Positions 37,906 to 50,732 of a DNA stretch of 64,000 nucleotides are shown here, piece by piece (positions within the stretch are counted from its first letter, which is position 1; each line of letters starts with the position of its first letter). This DNA comes from Eledone cirrhosa (taxonomy: Eukaryota). The DNA lies in contig OZ024743.1 in the NCBI GenBank assembly GCA_964016885.1, forward strand, positions 73,036,001-73,100,000. Direction: 5' to 3'. Below the pieces are notes generated by a model, which had not been told where the DNA came from, ran no database searches, and saw only the letters and a program-made list of their open reading frames with translations. The position numbers were made by a program, and so were the translations under genes.

Positions 37906-38819
37906 ATAGGAATTTCCACAACACACATAGCTCTACACGAAATCAAGGTATACGTAACCGGGGGACTAAAACACAAGCACACACACACAGTACTACCAGA
38001 CATACTAATAATAGAAGATCACCACCAAATAAATCACGTTGTAGAAAGTATATCTGGTACAACCCCATTTTTAATGCCTCGATTAGTACAAAACTATCTC
38101 TTTCATTCTTTAAATTAATCAATAAACACTTCCCTAGTTCCCATAAGTACAGCAAAATTCTGAACTCTAAAACTATTAGACTATCATACTCCACAGCACC
38201 AAACCTTGAAGCATACATAAAAAAACTTAACCTAAGGCAATTAAACAACTCTACAAAACAAAACATTTTAGTAACAGATGGGCAGAACGCAATATCTGCC
38301 TCCCAACCACTAAATGGGAGACGGGTATTGCACAACCCACCTGTACCGCTATCACAACCTATCCATGGTATACCCGCTACCCACAACAAAGAATGTAACT
38401 GCCATCTACCTGAAAGATGTCCATTGCAGAATGAATGCCTAAAGTCCAACATTGTTTACCAATGCACGGTTGAATCGAACGACCAGAAATGGTATTATAT
38501 CGGATCTACCACCACATCGTTTAAATCTCGCTGGTACCGTCATCGATTCTCAATCAAACATCTGAATCACCGTTTTGTGACCACGCTCGCCAACAAGACC
38601 TGGCAACTCCGTGAACACAACCAACAGTTCACCTTAAAATGGGATATACTTTCCAGCGCAAGTGCATATCGGAGTGGATTGAAGTACTGCAGGTTATGTA
38701 ACCTTGAGCTATTTTACATATTAAAATCCCAAAACAAACTACTTAACGATAGAATTGAACGATCATTATACTGCAACCACAAACTAAAAGCTAAATTCTC
38801 TCACTATAAAATAACTTAA
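37906..38819 (+). CDS. PLE linker + GIY-YIG endonuclease (5'-truncated, uninterrupted)
   Basis: YIWYNPIFN...KHFP...KILNSKTIRLSYSTAPN...CNCHLPERCPLQNECLKSNIVYQC...YYIGST...FKSRWYRH...CRLCNLE...LLNDR.E...CNH. The track ORF upstream of 37906 is antisense of the inverted arm. Confidence 0.85.
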
Positions 38820-39314
38820 CATTCGAACCCGTAACTATAACACCACTTTCTAGCTAACAACCTTCTCTTCCCCCCACACTACAAGACAATACACTGCTTA
38901 TCACTATACATGGTAACTCAGTGCAATTCCTAGACTACTACTACAAAACCAAAAGTTCACTCACCACACATACTTTATCTGTCCCCTCTCTACCTATATC
39001 TCTCTCTACATCCATTACACTCTCTCTCTCTCACCTTTGACCTACCTCCCTCTCAACATCTATGAACCGGCCCTCTGGGGAAATAAATAATTCCGACCTT
39101 AACTATCAACGCATCTCTCCAAAAGTAACCAGTATAATAAAACCCCTACCATAACATTTTGATTAAGATATCTACAAGGCACTCTCTCCTACTTCTCCAA
39201 CCCCTGCATATCTTTCTTTCTCTCTCCCTCTTCCCTACTTTTCTCTCTTCCTGTTCCACTCTATCTTCCCCAAAAACCCCACTTAAGGGTTTTTACATTG
39301 TACATTTACCATTC

Positions 39315-39426
39315 TGCTCTGAGGAAACAGTGGTCACAGCATTGGATATTCGAGTTCTGCAAGTACTTGTGAATTTGCACGTAGCGGAACTAGGCTGCAG
39401 TACCACCGTGGAAACACTTGTAAGCA
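39315..39426 (+). ncRNA. Type-I hammerhead with long stem II in the PLE pLTR
   Basis: tgct-CTGAGGA-[aac.gtggt.cagc...gctgcagt.accac.gtg]-GAAA-cacttg-TA-agca, then AATAAA 5 nt later. Confidence 0.7.
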
Positions 39427-39490
39427 CACGGAATAAATTACCTTTTTATGATGTCTACCTGTTATTATTCATTCTTTATATATATATATA

Positions 39491-40299
39491 TATTGATTTA
39501 TTGATATTTTATCTGAGTGACCCGAATCTTCCTGGTCGTTATTTTTCGGGTGCATGGGTGATTTTAGGCATAATCTTTGTGTGTTGGTATTTTAACGATA
39601 GTTATAGCTCTGATTTATCTTAATTATTGAGCCCTCTGCCACTCATGTCGGATTTGTTTATCGTAAATCCGTGAGCTGATTTTCCGTTACTCGATTATTC
39701 TATTATATTTAGCTCTAGACATAGCTATTGACCAGTTAATTTTATTGTTCATTTTTGTCGATTCTATTGAATCATGAATAGCTCCTGTGTATTTTAACAT
39801 GTCTATCGAGCACTCTTATTCGATATGTGGTCTCCACATTACTGATTATTTTTCGCGAATATAGAGGTTATCTCCCTTGCTGGACTCCATGTGCGTTCCA
39901 GCTATAGTTAACTTCTTTATTCGTTGGACATGACCCGTTGATAAAGTGTTCCGGTCCCTCCGCTCCCTAGAAGTCTTATATATTTTTATGTGGGCTGATA
40001 GGGGGCGGATTAAGGAATTGCAGAAACCCAAGAAGCTAGATTTACCACCTTTCTAGTGGGTCCGGGTAAGTTTTTACATTCATATAAATTATTGATTTAT
40101 TGATATTTTATCTGAGTGACCAGAATCTTCCTGGTCGTTATTTTTCGGCTGCATGGGTGATTTTAGGCATAATCTTTGTGTGTTGGTATTTTAACGACAG
40201 TTATAGCTCTGATTTATCTGAATTATTGAGCCCTCTGCCACTCATGTCGGATTTGTTTATCGTAAATTCGTGAGCTGATTTTCCGATACTCGATTATTC

Positions 40300-40305
<6 letters not shown>
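39491..40305 (+). mobile_element. ORF-less partial tandem (599-nt period) between (TA)n tracts, with a decayed HHR
   Basis: 39491-39708 is repeated at 40090-40305. HHR-like acccg-TTGATAA-[ttcc..tccgctccct...agggggcgga..ggaa..tgca]-GAAA-ccca...tggg-TC-cgggt at 39933-40067. Confidence 0.75.
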
Positions 40306-40335
<30 letters not shown>

Positions 40336-40670
40336 CTTAGTGGTTAGGGCATTGGGCTTGTAATTGAGACGTTGGGAGTTCGATTCTCGGATCGGGTGAT
40401 GCGTTGCGTCCTTGAGCAAGACACTTTATTTCACGTTGCTCCAGTTTACTCAATTTACTCCAGTTTACAGTGGAAATGAGTTGGGACGTCACTGGTGCCA
40501 GGCTGTATCGGTCATTGCCTTTCCCTTGGACAACATCTTGTGGCGTGAAGAGGGGAGGCTGGTATGCATGGATGACTGCTGGTCTTCCACAAAACAAACC
40601 TTGCCCAGGCTTGTGTCTCGGAGAGAAACTTTCTAGTTCAAATCTATGGTCATCCGCGACCGAGTGGCGC

Positions 40671-40795
<125 letters not shown>

Positions 40796-41140
40796 TGTAA
40801 AAAGAAAAAAATGAACGATTGGAATTGTCAAAATACCAAACTTTAAATTGATAACAAATCTTCACAATGCTGTACTAAAGCAATAGCCAACATTAAGAAT
40901 TAAGAATATTTGAAAAGGCTGAATAAACATGAAGTAGAGAAGGAATATTCACAACATTGGCAAGGGAGACAAATGTGTGGAGGCCGGAACTGCATACACG
41001 CATACGCGTGCATGTGTTATTTTTTGTTGGTTTTTTTACAGTCTCACTAGACACGAGATTAGTTGTAAGACAGCCAACATGTTATATGGTGTACTTGTTA
41101 TATGGTGTACACGTATTTCACCTGGCTGTACCTGGCAGGT

Positions 41141-41320
41141 ACCCTGACTTCCTGAATACCGTAATAACCAGAGATAAGAGCTGGATATACAGATACAGCC
41201 AGGAAGGTAAAGCGCAGAGGAAAAACAAAATCATGTTGATATTGACTGTTATCTTCGACTACCGAGGTAATATGCATCACGACTACACAAGAACAAACAA
41301 TTACAAAGGAGTACTTATCA
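41141..41320 (+). mobile_element. Decayed mariner transposase fragment
   Basis: PDFLNTVITRDKSWIYRY..EGKAQ...KIML..TVIFDYRGNMHHDY resembles the mariner motifs FL..I.TGDE.W.Y.Y and K.ML.VF.D..G..H. Confidence 0.7.
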
Positions 41321-41395
41321 CTTATTTTATTGTATTTTTAACTGTTTACTTATTTCTTCGTTATATGACGTACGTTCTTTTCTTTCTCTTTCCAG

Positions 41396-41461
41396 GTAAT
41401 CTTACTCATCTGTGTAACATGACTCAAATCCGTTTATTTCTGATCAAGGCTAACACAGAAG
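41396..41461 (+). other. Candidate 66-nt internal exon of an unidentified transcript
   Basis: Acceptor ttcttttctttctctttccAG and donor AG|GTGAGT; symmetric phase 1-1; open frame GNLTHLCNMTQIRLFLIKANTE. No recognised homology. Confidence 0.35.
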
Positions 41462-43842
41462 GTGAGTGCTTTCAAGCTGAAGATAAGGAGTTTTATAGAT
41501 ATAAATATAACGATAAACATTTCCTGGTGAGTTGATTTTTACATGTAACAGTGTTGCATTTATTATGATATATAGATTTTGTTGGAGTAATTCTTGTGTG
41601 AATCATAGAAGAATTTTACAAACATTTCACTATGTTTTTTCTACTTTCATTGGCATATTTACCAAATAAGCGTTATCGAGCTTCCAAATAACCAAACGTA
41701 TTTCGTATTTGTATCTCATATTTCACAATGCTTCAAGCAAACTACCACACCTTATGATAAGAACTTATGTCATAGTATATGACATAGTATATTCACTTTT
41801 TATTTGTGTTAGTAGAACATTTTTCAAAAGATTTTGTAAAGTGTGCTTATTGATCACTAATACTATTTCAGTCCATCGTTTGAAAATCACTTTCTGGCAA
41901 GTTAATATAAGCTTTAGAATTCGGTGATGTTTATCACTACTGTCTCAGCGTAAGTTTATGTTTGTGTAAAAAACTAACCTATACGAAATATATGACTTAA
42001 AGTTACAATTGCTCTGGCGTTCTAGTTTGAAAACTGATTCAGTTAACTTGGAACATAAGGATGTATACCTACTATGTCGCTATCGAATCTATTGATTGAA
42101 ACGACGTCTATAACTAAAATGTAGTTATAGGTTTCTTTTCAGTAATCTATTTTACCTACGTTTCAGGGGGGTTTTGGGTACGTCTCTTCTTATGCAGTGT
42201 ACTATATTCCTTAATATGTAGTTATAGGTGTCTGTCTTCACGGCACTTATACTGCAGTTATATTCACAAGTTTATATATCAAAATGATACGAATTAAAGA
42301 TAAACGATCTTTTGGATCTACCTGCCTTTATCCACAACTTTAATATTGTGACTATTTCGTATTGGACGTGACATCGGCAACATCACACAATCAATCCTTA
42401 TGTTAGAATATTATGGCAGATCTTAACTCTAGTGTTAATTTCGCTAACTTCTCTATTACATAATTGTTACGATATAGTGAGGATATTTCAAACATTTCCT
42501 TGTACACTCTACAACAACTATTTGTGTGTAACCAAATAACTACATGTAGAAACTACAGTTCTGGTTATACGTCTGTTTTTGATGTTATTGGCGCAGTTGT
42601 GACATAATCGCCATTATTCTGTGATGGCTGTTATCACGATGTTCAACTACTGAAATAACAGAGTCAATCTTGATTACTTAAGGATTTGACATGCTTTCTG
42701 CAATGTGAAAGGTCTATGCATGGCTTAGTCATTCTGTTAATGTATATATTCTTTATACATAACACCTTATTAAGTGATGTCATGTAGACATTCTGTCATG
42801 TCTGATAACGGACGTACAATGTTTGAAGAAAATATGGTAGAGTATTGTAAGTAATGCTATCATTAGAGATTGTTGAAAGTTCAGAAATATAATCTGTATG
42901 ACTAATATGATCCTTCTGAAGAATATGTCATTTTTCCTGCATGAAAGTTCTTTAATCCAACTGTTCAATTAGAAGTTCTTATAATACATTTCATTATTAT
43001 TATTACCGATGTTAAAAAGAGCGGTTAAAAGGGCTCGGACTCCATGCTTTGGCGCATAGAGTTACGGCTCTTGCCATTCTGAGTTCAAATCCCTCCGAGG
43101 TTAACTTTGCCTTTCATCCTTACGAGATCGATAAAATAAAGTACCAGTAATGCACTGGGTATTTGTTGGCCTTGTTCCAAAAGTAGAAACAACTATTAGC
43201 GATGTTCATCCCTCCCCAATATTAGATGTCAAACGATCTACCTTCCTTGTCATAAACAAAGTGAAGGTGTTAGTTTATAGAATATTTTAAAGCCATCGCT
43301 ATTGGTCTGTCTATGGTTATTGACTTAACGATTGTTAGTTCTCAGAATCATTGTTCTTTGACATGAAAAGAATTTATCTATATATTTAAAGATGCATACA
43401 TATGTTTGCATGTATATATGTATATACATACATATGTATATTTATCTATCCAGCAATCCTTCTCGCTCTCTCTTTCTCTTTTTATCATATATGAATGCGC
43501 GAAGGGGGTGGAGTTTTTGACATTACTAGCCCATCGGGTCAGATACTCCAGTGAGAGAATATGCTCCGAAATCATTGGACGTGTCCGTCGACCCTGCGGG
43601 TCCACAATAAGACAGATCTACACAATGATCGCGTCTCGAGCTGTCCGCCGGCGAAACAATTGTAACACACAATAAATTGAGTTTAGATGCATCACTGAGT
43701 TTTTGTTTTATATTATATCATACTCGGCTCTCTAAGAACATAGAGTGCTCAACCGGCATACCGCCTATGGAAGCATCTTAGCTACCATCCGACACATATA
43801 TATTACGCTCCTCTACAAGTAGAGCGCTTACAGCGATTCACC

Positions 43843-46493
43843 ATGGAAAAATTCCCTTACTCTTCCTCTTTAAAGGACATCCCGATCCCTTCTGACAGCA
43901 CTTACATGAGCCTACTGATACACCACACCAACTCTTTCGTTAGACGCATGAGATGGCACGCATTTCACCACGACAGAAGGACACAGCAATACGCACCCGA
44001 TAATCCTCAGGACCGCCTAAAACTGATCTTTAGATCAAGACGTCACCCACCACATAACGCATAGCTGGAAGAATTTGAAAACTGTATCATCAACATCGTC
44101 CGAAACATCAAATTCCGAAGGCATAATACACGACATACGGATTACCTCCGGAGATTGAGCTCCACAATCAAAAGCATGGAAGAATGCCCGGATTTACATG
44201 TGCCCTCGGACAAAACTGGTAATGTATACATGCTTGACCGTTTTACATACAACGACTGCATCAGGAAAGAGGTTAGGAAAAACTACAGGACCGCAGGACA
44301 AGACAACTTAGATAACATTAACGCCACGACCAAAAAATAATGACTGGGCTAGGAATAGATGACAGGACAGAACAGTATGTACCTAGAAAACCACGGATAT
44401 CTATTAAGGATCATAAATTAGACTTTAGAACTAATCTACCGGTTAGGCTAATAGCAACCTCCAAATCCGACATAGGTAGGACCAGCAAGAATATCATAGA
44501 CAGGATACTACCGGTACTTAGGAACAAAACTAGGCTTAGCTTATGGACCTCCACTAAGGAGGTAATTGACTGGTTCACGCTAATAGATAGCAAACAGCAG
44601 GTAAGTTTTATTCAATTAGACATAGATAATTACTACGCGTCAGTATCACCAGCAGTAGTGAACAAGGCCCTCATGAGCGCCATGGCCAAGTCCAACCTCA
44701 CTAGGAAGGAGGAAAGCCTGATAATAGCAGCGAGAAAGACGCTAATTAGCTTCTAAGATAAATTATGGGAGAGGAGGGACAGACCCAACAGTTTCGATAT
44801 TACTATGGGGTCGAGCGACTCTGCGCAGGTGACTAACCTGGTGGGAAGCTATCTCCTCCAAAGATTAGCGGAGGAGATCCCAGGGATCGGCGGAGGAATA
44901 TACAGAGACGACGCACTTTTTACCTAGCGTTCCCTAAACCCCAGCAGGCTGGAGCGTATGAGGAAGCGTATATCGCACTTTTTTAAGCAACACGGCTTAT
45001 CCGTGATGATAGATCCTAGCACTAACATGGTGAATTTCCTGGACGTTACCCTGGAAATGAATACGGGCATACACCGACCTTATCACAAGCCCAATGAGAA
45101 CCTGCAGTATGTGAAAAGGCAATCGAACCACTCCAAGTTGGTCCTAGAAGCAATAGTGTAAGGGGTATCAAAACGCGTATCCACCCTGTCGGCCAACAAA
45201 GACGTGTTCAACCAGAACGCCGACTATTATAATGAGGCACTGCGCAGGGCCGGTTACACAGAAACCATAGTGTACACCACAGACAAGGAAGAGCCTAACG
45301 CCGAGGCATGAGGATACGACAATAACAGTAGCATATCCATAGGTAGACGGAAAGATCCGGAACTAGATTCCAGAAACACGAATAGCAGAATAGATCACCA
45401 CAAGGAGGCAAGACCGACAATAAGACAGACGAAGACACACACGGGCGGCAGACGACCTAGTACACGTAGAAAGAAGCTCGGCTCGCACACCACATGCGTC
45501 GTGGAAACTAGAACTAGGGACAGGGTAAGGACAAGTACGGTCGTGAAACCCGGTAGAGGGAACATCCGGCCCTATAGCAATGATATAACCCTGACAACAG
45601 CACCACATAGCAGTACGAGGCTAACAGTAGAACCGACAATACAAAACGGAATATTTCAGTAAGCAAACGGCATAACCCCGACGCCCACGGTAGACATATA
45701 GATAACCCGCCGTCGAGCAAATCCCACAAGATTTTCAACCGCCACACGGTGAAGATTTCCTTCTCCACCGCACCTAACATGGCCGACTACATGGCAAAAA
45801 CCAACGCGGCGAAGATGGGGATCCTCGACCATCAACGGCGGGGGCCGAATGACCGTCCATCGGAGCCCGGATGGCCCATCGCAGACCGCTCCTCCAACTA
45901 CAAACCGACCCGTGCGGCGGCCGCCACGGCTGCGGAAGGCGATACAACCCAACGCCGGGCGGTAATGAGTGGCAGAACAACACCCAGAGAATTGGGAGAG
46001 GGCCGTGGCAGATCAAGGGCCAGGAATCCGAAACGAACAATATAACGATAGAACCTGCAACTGCAGAGCGGACACACAGTGCCCCCTGCAGGGAAGATGC
46101 CTAACGAAGGGCCTGGTATATAAATGTGTGGTTAGCACGCACAATATAAAGCGCACCTACATCGGCGCAACATCCACGACCTCTAAATAGCGGATGTATA
46201 ACCACACGAACTATTTCAAGGACCGGAGCAAGAGGCACTCTACTAGGCTGGTGGACCTGGTGTGGGACTTGAAAGAGAAAGGCACTCCGTATGCCCTTAA
46301 CTGGAGTATCGTTCGGGACGCGAGTGCATATTCGGCTGGAAATAGAAAGTGCAGGCTATGACTATCCGAGGCCATGGAGATAGTAAGACTGAAGGATGAT
46401 GCGGTCAACCTGAAATCAGAAATAATCATGACGTGCAGACACCAGAGAAGGTGCGCACTCTCCGCATGGAATCCACCGGGCAGCCCAAGCTAA
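43843..46493 (+). pseudogene. Nearly full-length Penelope-like ORF (RT + C-terminal GIY-YIG; resembles the Hydra clade), with multiple stops and frameshifts
   Basis: YSSSLKDIPIPS...FVRRMRWHAF, PSDKTGNVY, ISIKDHK.DF...VRLI..SKSDIGR, FIQLDIDNYYAS, ITMGSSDSAQV, IYRDD, VNFLDVTL, RPYHKPN, KIFNRHTVKISFSTAPN, CNCR...CPLQGRCL..GLVYKC..YIGAT, CRL*LSE, CRH. An upstream pLTR piece has GAAA-caattg-TA-acac..AATAAA at 43653-43676. Confidence 0.9.
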
Positions 46494-47351
46494 AAGCAGG
46501 CGGCTGAGCGCACGCCGACCAGAGTGGTGATACAGTTCAAGAGATCAGACACCATGCTCTGTTGACTATATATATGCCACGCGGAGTAAGCCGAAGTAAC
46601 ACAGGATTCCCACCCGACTCTGCACGTCACCCTAGGCAAGAAAATCGCCTGAGCCGGGACAGGTTGACCCGGATTCCACTGTTATTCGGTCAAATGCCTT
46701 GCACCAATAAGACACTATACCTCAACCACAGTGACATACTCCAGTAAGGCCGGTCCACGCACCCCACTGCAGGTGTACCTCTTCAATAGAGAGTGCATAC
46801 CCTCTACGTATTCCTTTTTGTAACACCTAATATATTTTCCGTATGCAGACCCACGTGTGTATCTCATACTTATCTTGTGTACTATCTCATATGCATACAC
46901 ATTCCTTCTGGGTTTTTTTATATATATATTCTGCACGCATTTTCTTTCTACGGTCTGCGCATGCTATGTACTGTAATACCATGAACGCCCATTATATGGC
47001 CTTGCGTGAAGATTCCATACGTGGATAGATCCATTTTCGCATCGTAACGTCTGTGTAGACATATACAACTGGGCGCACCGTTTCATATATACCACACTGT
47101 GTATACCACTATGTGCCGTTATATGTATATTTTTTATATTTTTAATATTTTTAATATATTTAATATTTAATATTTTTTTCATATATGTATATACGTATAT
47201 GCATGTATATATATATATGTGTGTGTATTTATGTATTTTTTATATGTCTACATGTTTATAACAAGCTGCATCCTTTCATGTACGACCCATTGTGTATATT
47301 TATATGACTTTGTGTGTATATTCTGTTTATGTGTATATATATATAGATATA

Positions 47352-47945
47352 GTTATACTTGGGGAGGGTCATATTTTGTAATATTGCCAGAATTAATAAC
47401 AGAACACACTCACTGTTTGGTTGGTTTTCGCTTTTCGCTTCTGTGTCTTTTATATCGGTAATCTAATTTATTCGGTCCTCAATGTTGCCATTGACTGACC
47501 AACGATCAAAAATACAGATACAATATAGACACAAACACATATATATAGTTTATCAAAGTTCTTTCGTTGCACATCAGCAACATCGTCAGTGGTGCTATTG
47601 TTTCCTCCCGTTGCATTGTATTTTCTACGCCATCTTCATTTAGTCTGTTTATATATTTATTTATTTATTTATTTTATTTTGTCTCCTTTGCGCATGCGTT
47701 TGCGTGTGTGTATAGTGTTTTGTTTGATGTGTGTTCGTGATTGGGTGACTGTGTATTGGTTAATGTATTCTATCTTTACAGGTGTGTGTTTATATGTATT
47801 TGTTGTTATTGTGCTTGTGTATGTATTAATTTATTTATTTATCTATTTATTTATTTATTTATACTTCTCTTAGATCAGTGTTGTTTGTTTGGTTGGTGTT
47901 GTTATTCCATTCATTTTTTTCAGTTTAGCCTTGGCCTTCTAAGTT
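47352..47945 (-). mobile_element. Solo pLTR/3' end of the 31570-32900 PLE family, with HHR motif at 47553-47592
   Basis: Reverse complement of about 32330-32897. Minus strand: CTGACGA-t-gttgc-tgatgt-gcaac-GAAA-gaac-TT. Confidence 0.85.
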
Positions 47946-48041
47946 CTATTTCATATATATATTACCAATTTTATTTCTAAGTTCTATTTCACTATATATA
48001 TTTCCAATATATTTCTAAGTTCTATTTCACTATATATATTT

Positions 48042-48090
<49 letters not shown>

Positions 48091-48211
48091 TTTGTTATGC
48101 GTGCGTGGGTGTGTATGGGAATATACGCATATTTGTAAGAGTGTATATGGGCCAGTGTGTGTGTGTGTGTACAAGCACCCCTGTAGGGTAGGGAAAGGGC
48201 TTGTTTGTGTG

Positions 48212-48277
<66 letters not shown>

Positions 48278-48960
48278 TATATTTATATATGCGTGTTTGC
48301 GAGCGAGTGTGTATCTGTGCGTGTATATATGGGTACGTGTGTATGTGTGTGTGCGTTTCTACGTACATGTCTGTACGTGTTTGTGTGTACGTGTATACAT
48401 ACGCGTATGCATGTGTATCAGCATGTGTTTGCGCGTGTTGATGTATATAGGCATGTGGGCATGTGTCTATGTATATACGTGCCTCTCTGCATGAATGTGT
48501 GCGTATGTTTATGTGTTTATATGTTCTCCTTAATGTGTGCGTATAGCGGGAGTCTATGCGTGCGACTGTCGGTATCTATGTGGTTGTCTGTGCGCGTGTG
48601 TGTGTGTTCACGCGTGTGTTTGGGAGGGGGTGCGCGCGTGGTTGTGTGGACCACCAAACACACCAGTAATTCATTGAAATGTGGCAGACATGGGACAGCG
48701 GAAAGATACCTGTGTTCAGAATTTATGATGACGTAGACAACCAGCGGCCAATCACAGGACACGCGAATAGGATGAAGTTTTTGACAGTACTGGCCCAATG
48801 AGAGTATTTTTTTCAACCTAGCCAAATTGGTCATTTGCAATTGGAACACCTGTATACTTATATATGTGTTCACCCCTCTCATATATCGAATTATATATAT
48901 TATATATATATATATTCATTCAAAATATTAACAAAAATAGAATTTCATTGTGATCAAGTA

Positions 48961-49027
48961 TATTTTATTATATATATTTCAGAGGTACTGAGCTAACTTC
49001 AACAGTACGTCCTCATTAAATAAAATA
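48961..49027 (-). ncRNA. Hammerhead motif, core decayed to TTAATGA
   Basis: Minus strand: tattttat-TTAATGA-ggac-gtactg...cagtac-ctct-GAAA-tatata-TA-ataaaata. Flanks are shared with 34015-34230. Confidence 0.6.
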
Positions 49028-49775
49028 AGATGATGCATGACATACCCCGACATAGTAATGGTTAAGATCCAGTCATGGTAGTAAGTAAGATATGACAAAA
49101 CTCAATATTTATATACCTAAGGTTGATACATGAAAAAACTTGCATATAATACATATAATACAGAGGGTGCGTGTAAGAAAGTTTAAAATACATAACAGTA
49201 ATTTACATAACTATTAGATATTCAAATAATTATTGAATAAAGAGGAAAGAGAGAGAGAAAACATATGAGGTGAAAATACAGCTAGAAGAGGTATAGAGAG
49301 CAAAGGAAAAATGATCAAGGAAAGGGAGACAAAGAGGAATAATTATAATTATAGGGAGGGATGTATAGTTATGTATGATATATATCCATACACAACTATA
49401 CATTTTGGACATAGGTATGCGATAGAGTAAACTCGAATCATTGAATTAACTAGAAATATTCATCAATCTAAATCCTAAATATAACTGGGTGTAATCAATA
49501 AGGGTTAATTTCCTCAGTTAATTAGTTATATATATTATCCAAATGTATCCGGTGGACTGTTAACTTTCAAATATTTTAAGTTAATTCAGAGTAATACTAT
49601 CATATTTAATTTATAAAATCATATTTTATGAATTCATATTTAAACTAATTGTAAATATGAGAGAGAAAACATGCTATTTTTCATCCTCTCGAAGGTAAAT
49701 CTTAATAATGTTATTATACTATATTTAATTATTATATTGATGACATCATTTTTTTAAAATAATAATAATAATAAT

Positions 49776-49860
<85 letters not shown>

Positions 49861-50404
49861 TTTTAAATCCTTACTCTGAATTAACTTAAAAGATTTGAAA
49901 GTTAACGTTTAATCTTATAATATTATAATATTATAACATTAAATCATGAATTTGTTAACACTACAAGTGGAGTCATTCTTTTCCTTGTTTTCAAATATAC
50001 CTAATTGTGCCAAGGATCTCACACATTTTCCAATGTATTTATATATATATATATATATATATATCCCCGGGGACATAAAAATAGTAGGGCTGGACACCTG
50101 ATCGCGCGGTTAAACCACTGGGAGTGAAGGACCCCTAGTATTTGTCAGAGCATTCTTCCAGGAGAAGGCAACTCAGGAAACTGGGATATCTCCGACATAA
50201 AACCTGCGGCTCAGTAGTTACGGATGATATTGATCATTTCTTCAGGTTATAGCTACTGTCGCTCAGAGTGTGGGATCGGCTCAGTGCACAGTCTTTCCTC
50301 ACTTGAAAAAATATCTTCACGCACAGGCATTGCATGATAGAATTAATTAAAAATTATTAATAATGTTATATCGGGTAATGGCCATACTCGATAACGAGGG
50401 GTAA

Positions 50405-50436
<32 letters not shown>

Positions 50437-50551
50437 GCAGAGGTTATATTTAATTTGTTGGGATTCAACAAGCAATCCAGGAAGCTCCAACCGATAACGT
50501 TGTCTTTTTTCAGGGTATGTCAATATTTATTTATAAAACTAATCTGTATTG

Positions 50552-50617
50552 TATTTTATCTGATGAAAGCGCACCATAATTTGCCTTGGTGGCCCTTGAA
50601 ATATGTATAATAAAATA
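50552..50617 (+). ncRNA. Type-I hammerhead, intact core
   Basis: tattttat-CTGATGA-aag.gcacca...tggtgg.c.ctt-GAAA-tatgta-TA-ataaaata; stem I is 8 bp. Confidence 0.75.
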
Positions 50618-50655
50618 AATATGGTTTTATAAATATAGTTTCCATTTGTTAATAT

Positions 50656-50732
<77 letters not shown>

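Larger units (their letters stand above)
36483..39482. mobile_element. Penelope-like element with about 1.28-kb inverted duplication (arms about 36624-37905 and 38200-39482)
   Basis: ORFs 37286-37924 (minus) and 37653-38819 (plus) share an identical GIY-YIG C-terminus; only a handful of arm differences seen by eye; (TA)n at both ends. Inverted 5' copies are characteristic of PLEs. Confidence 0.92.

Noticed and set aside
40957-41535. 192-aa ORF as a single gene
   Set aside because: A chance fusion of a mariner remnant, intron-like sequence and the candidate exon.
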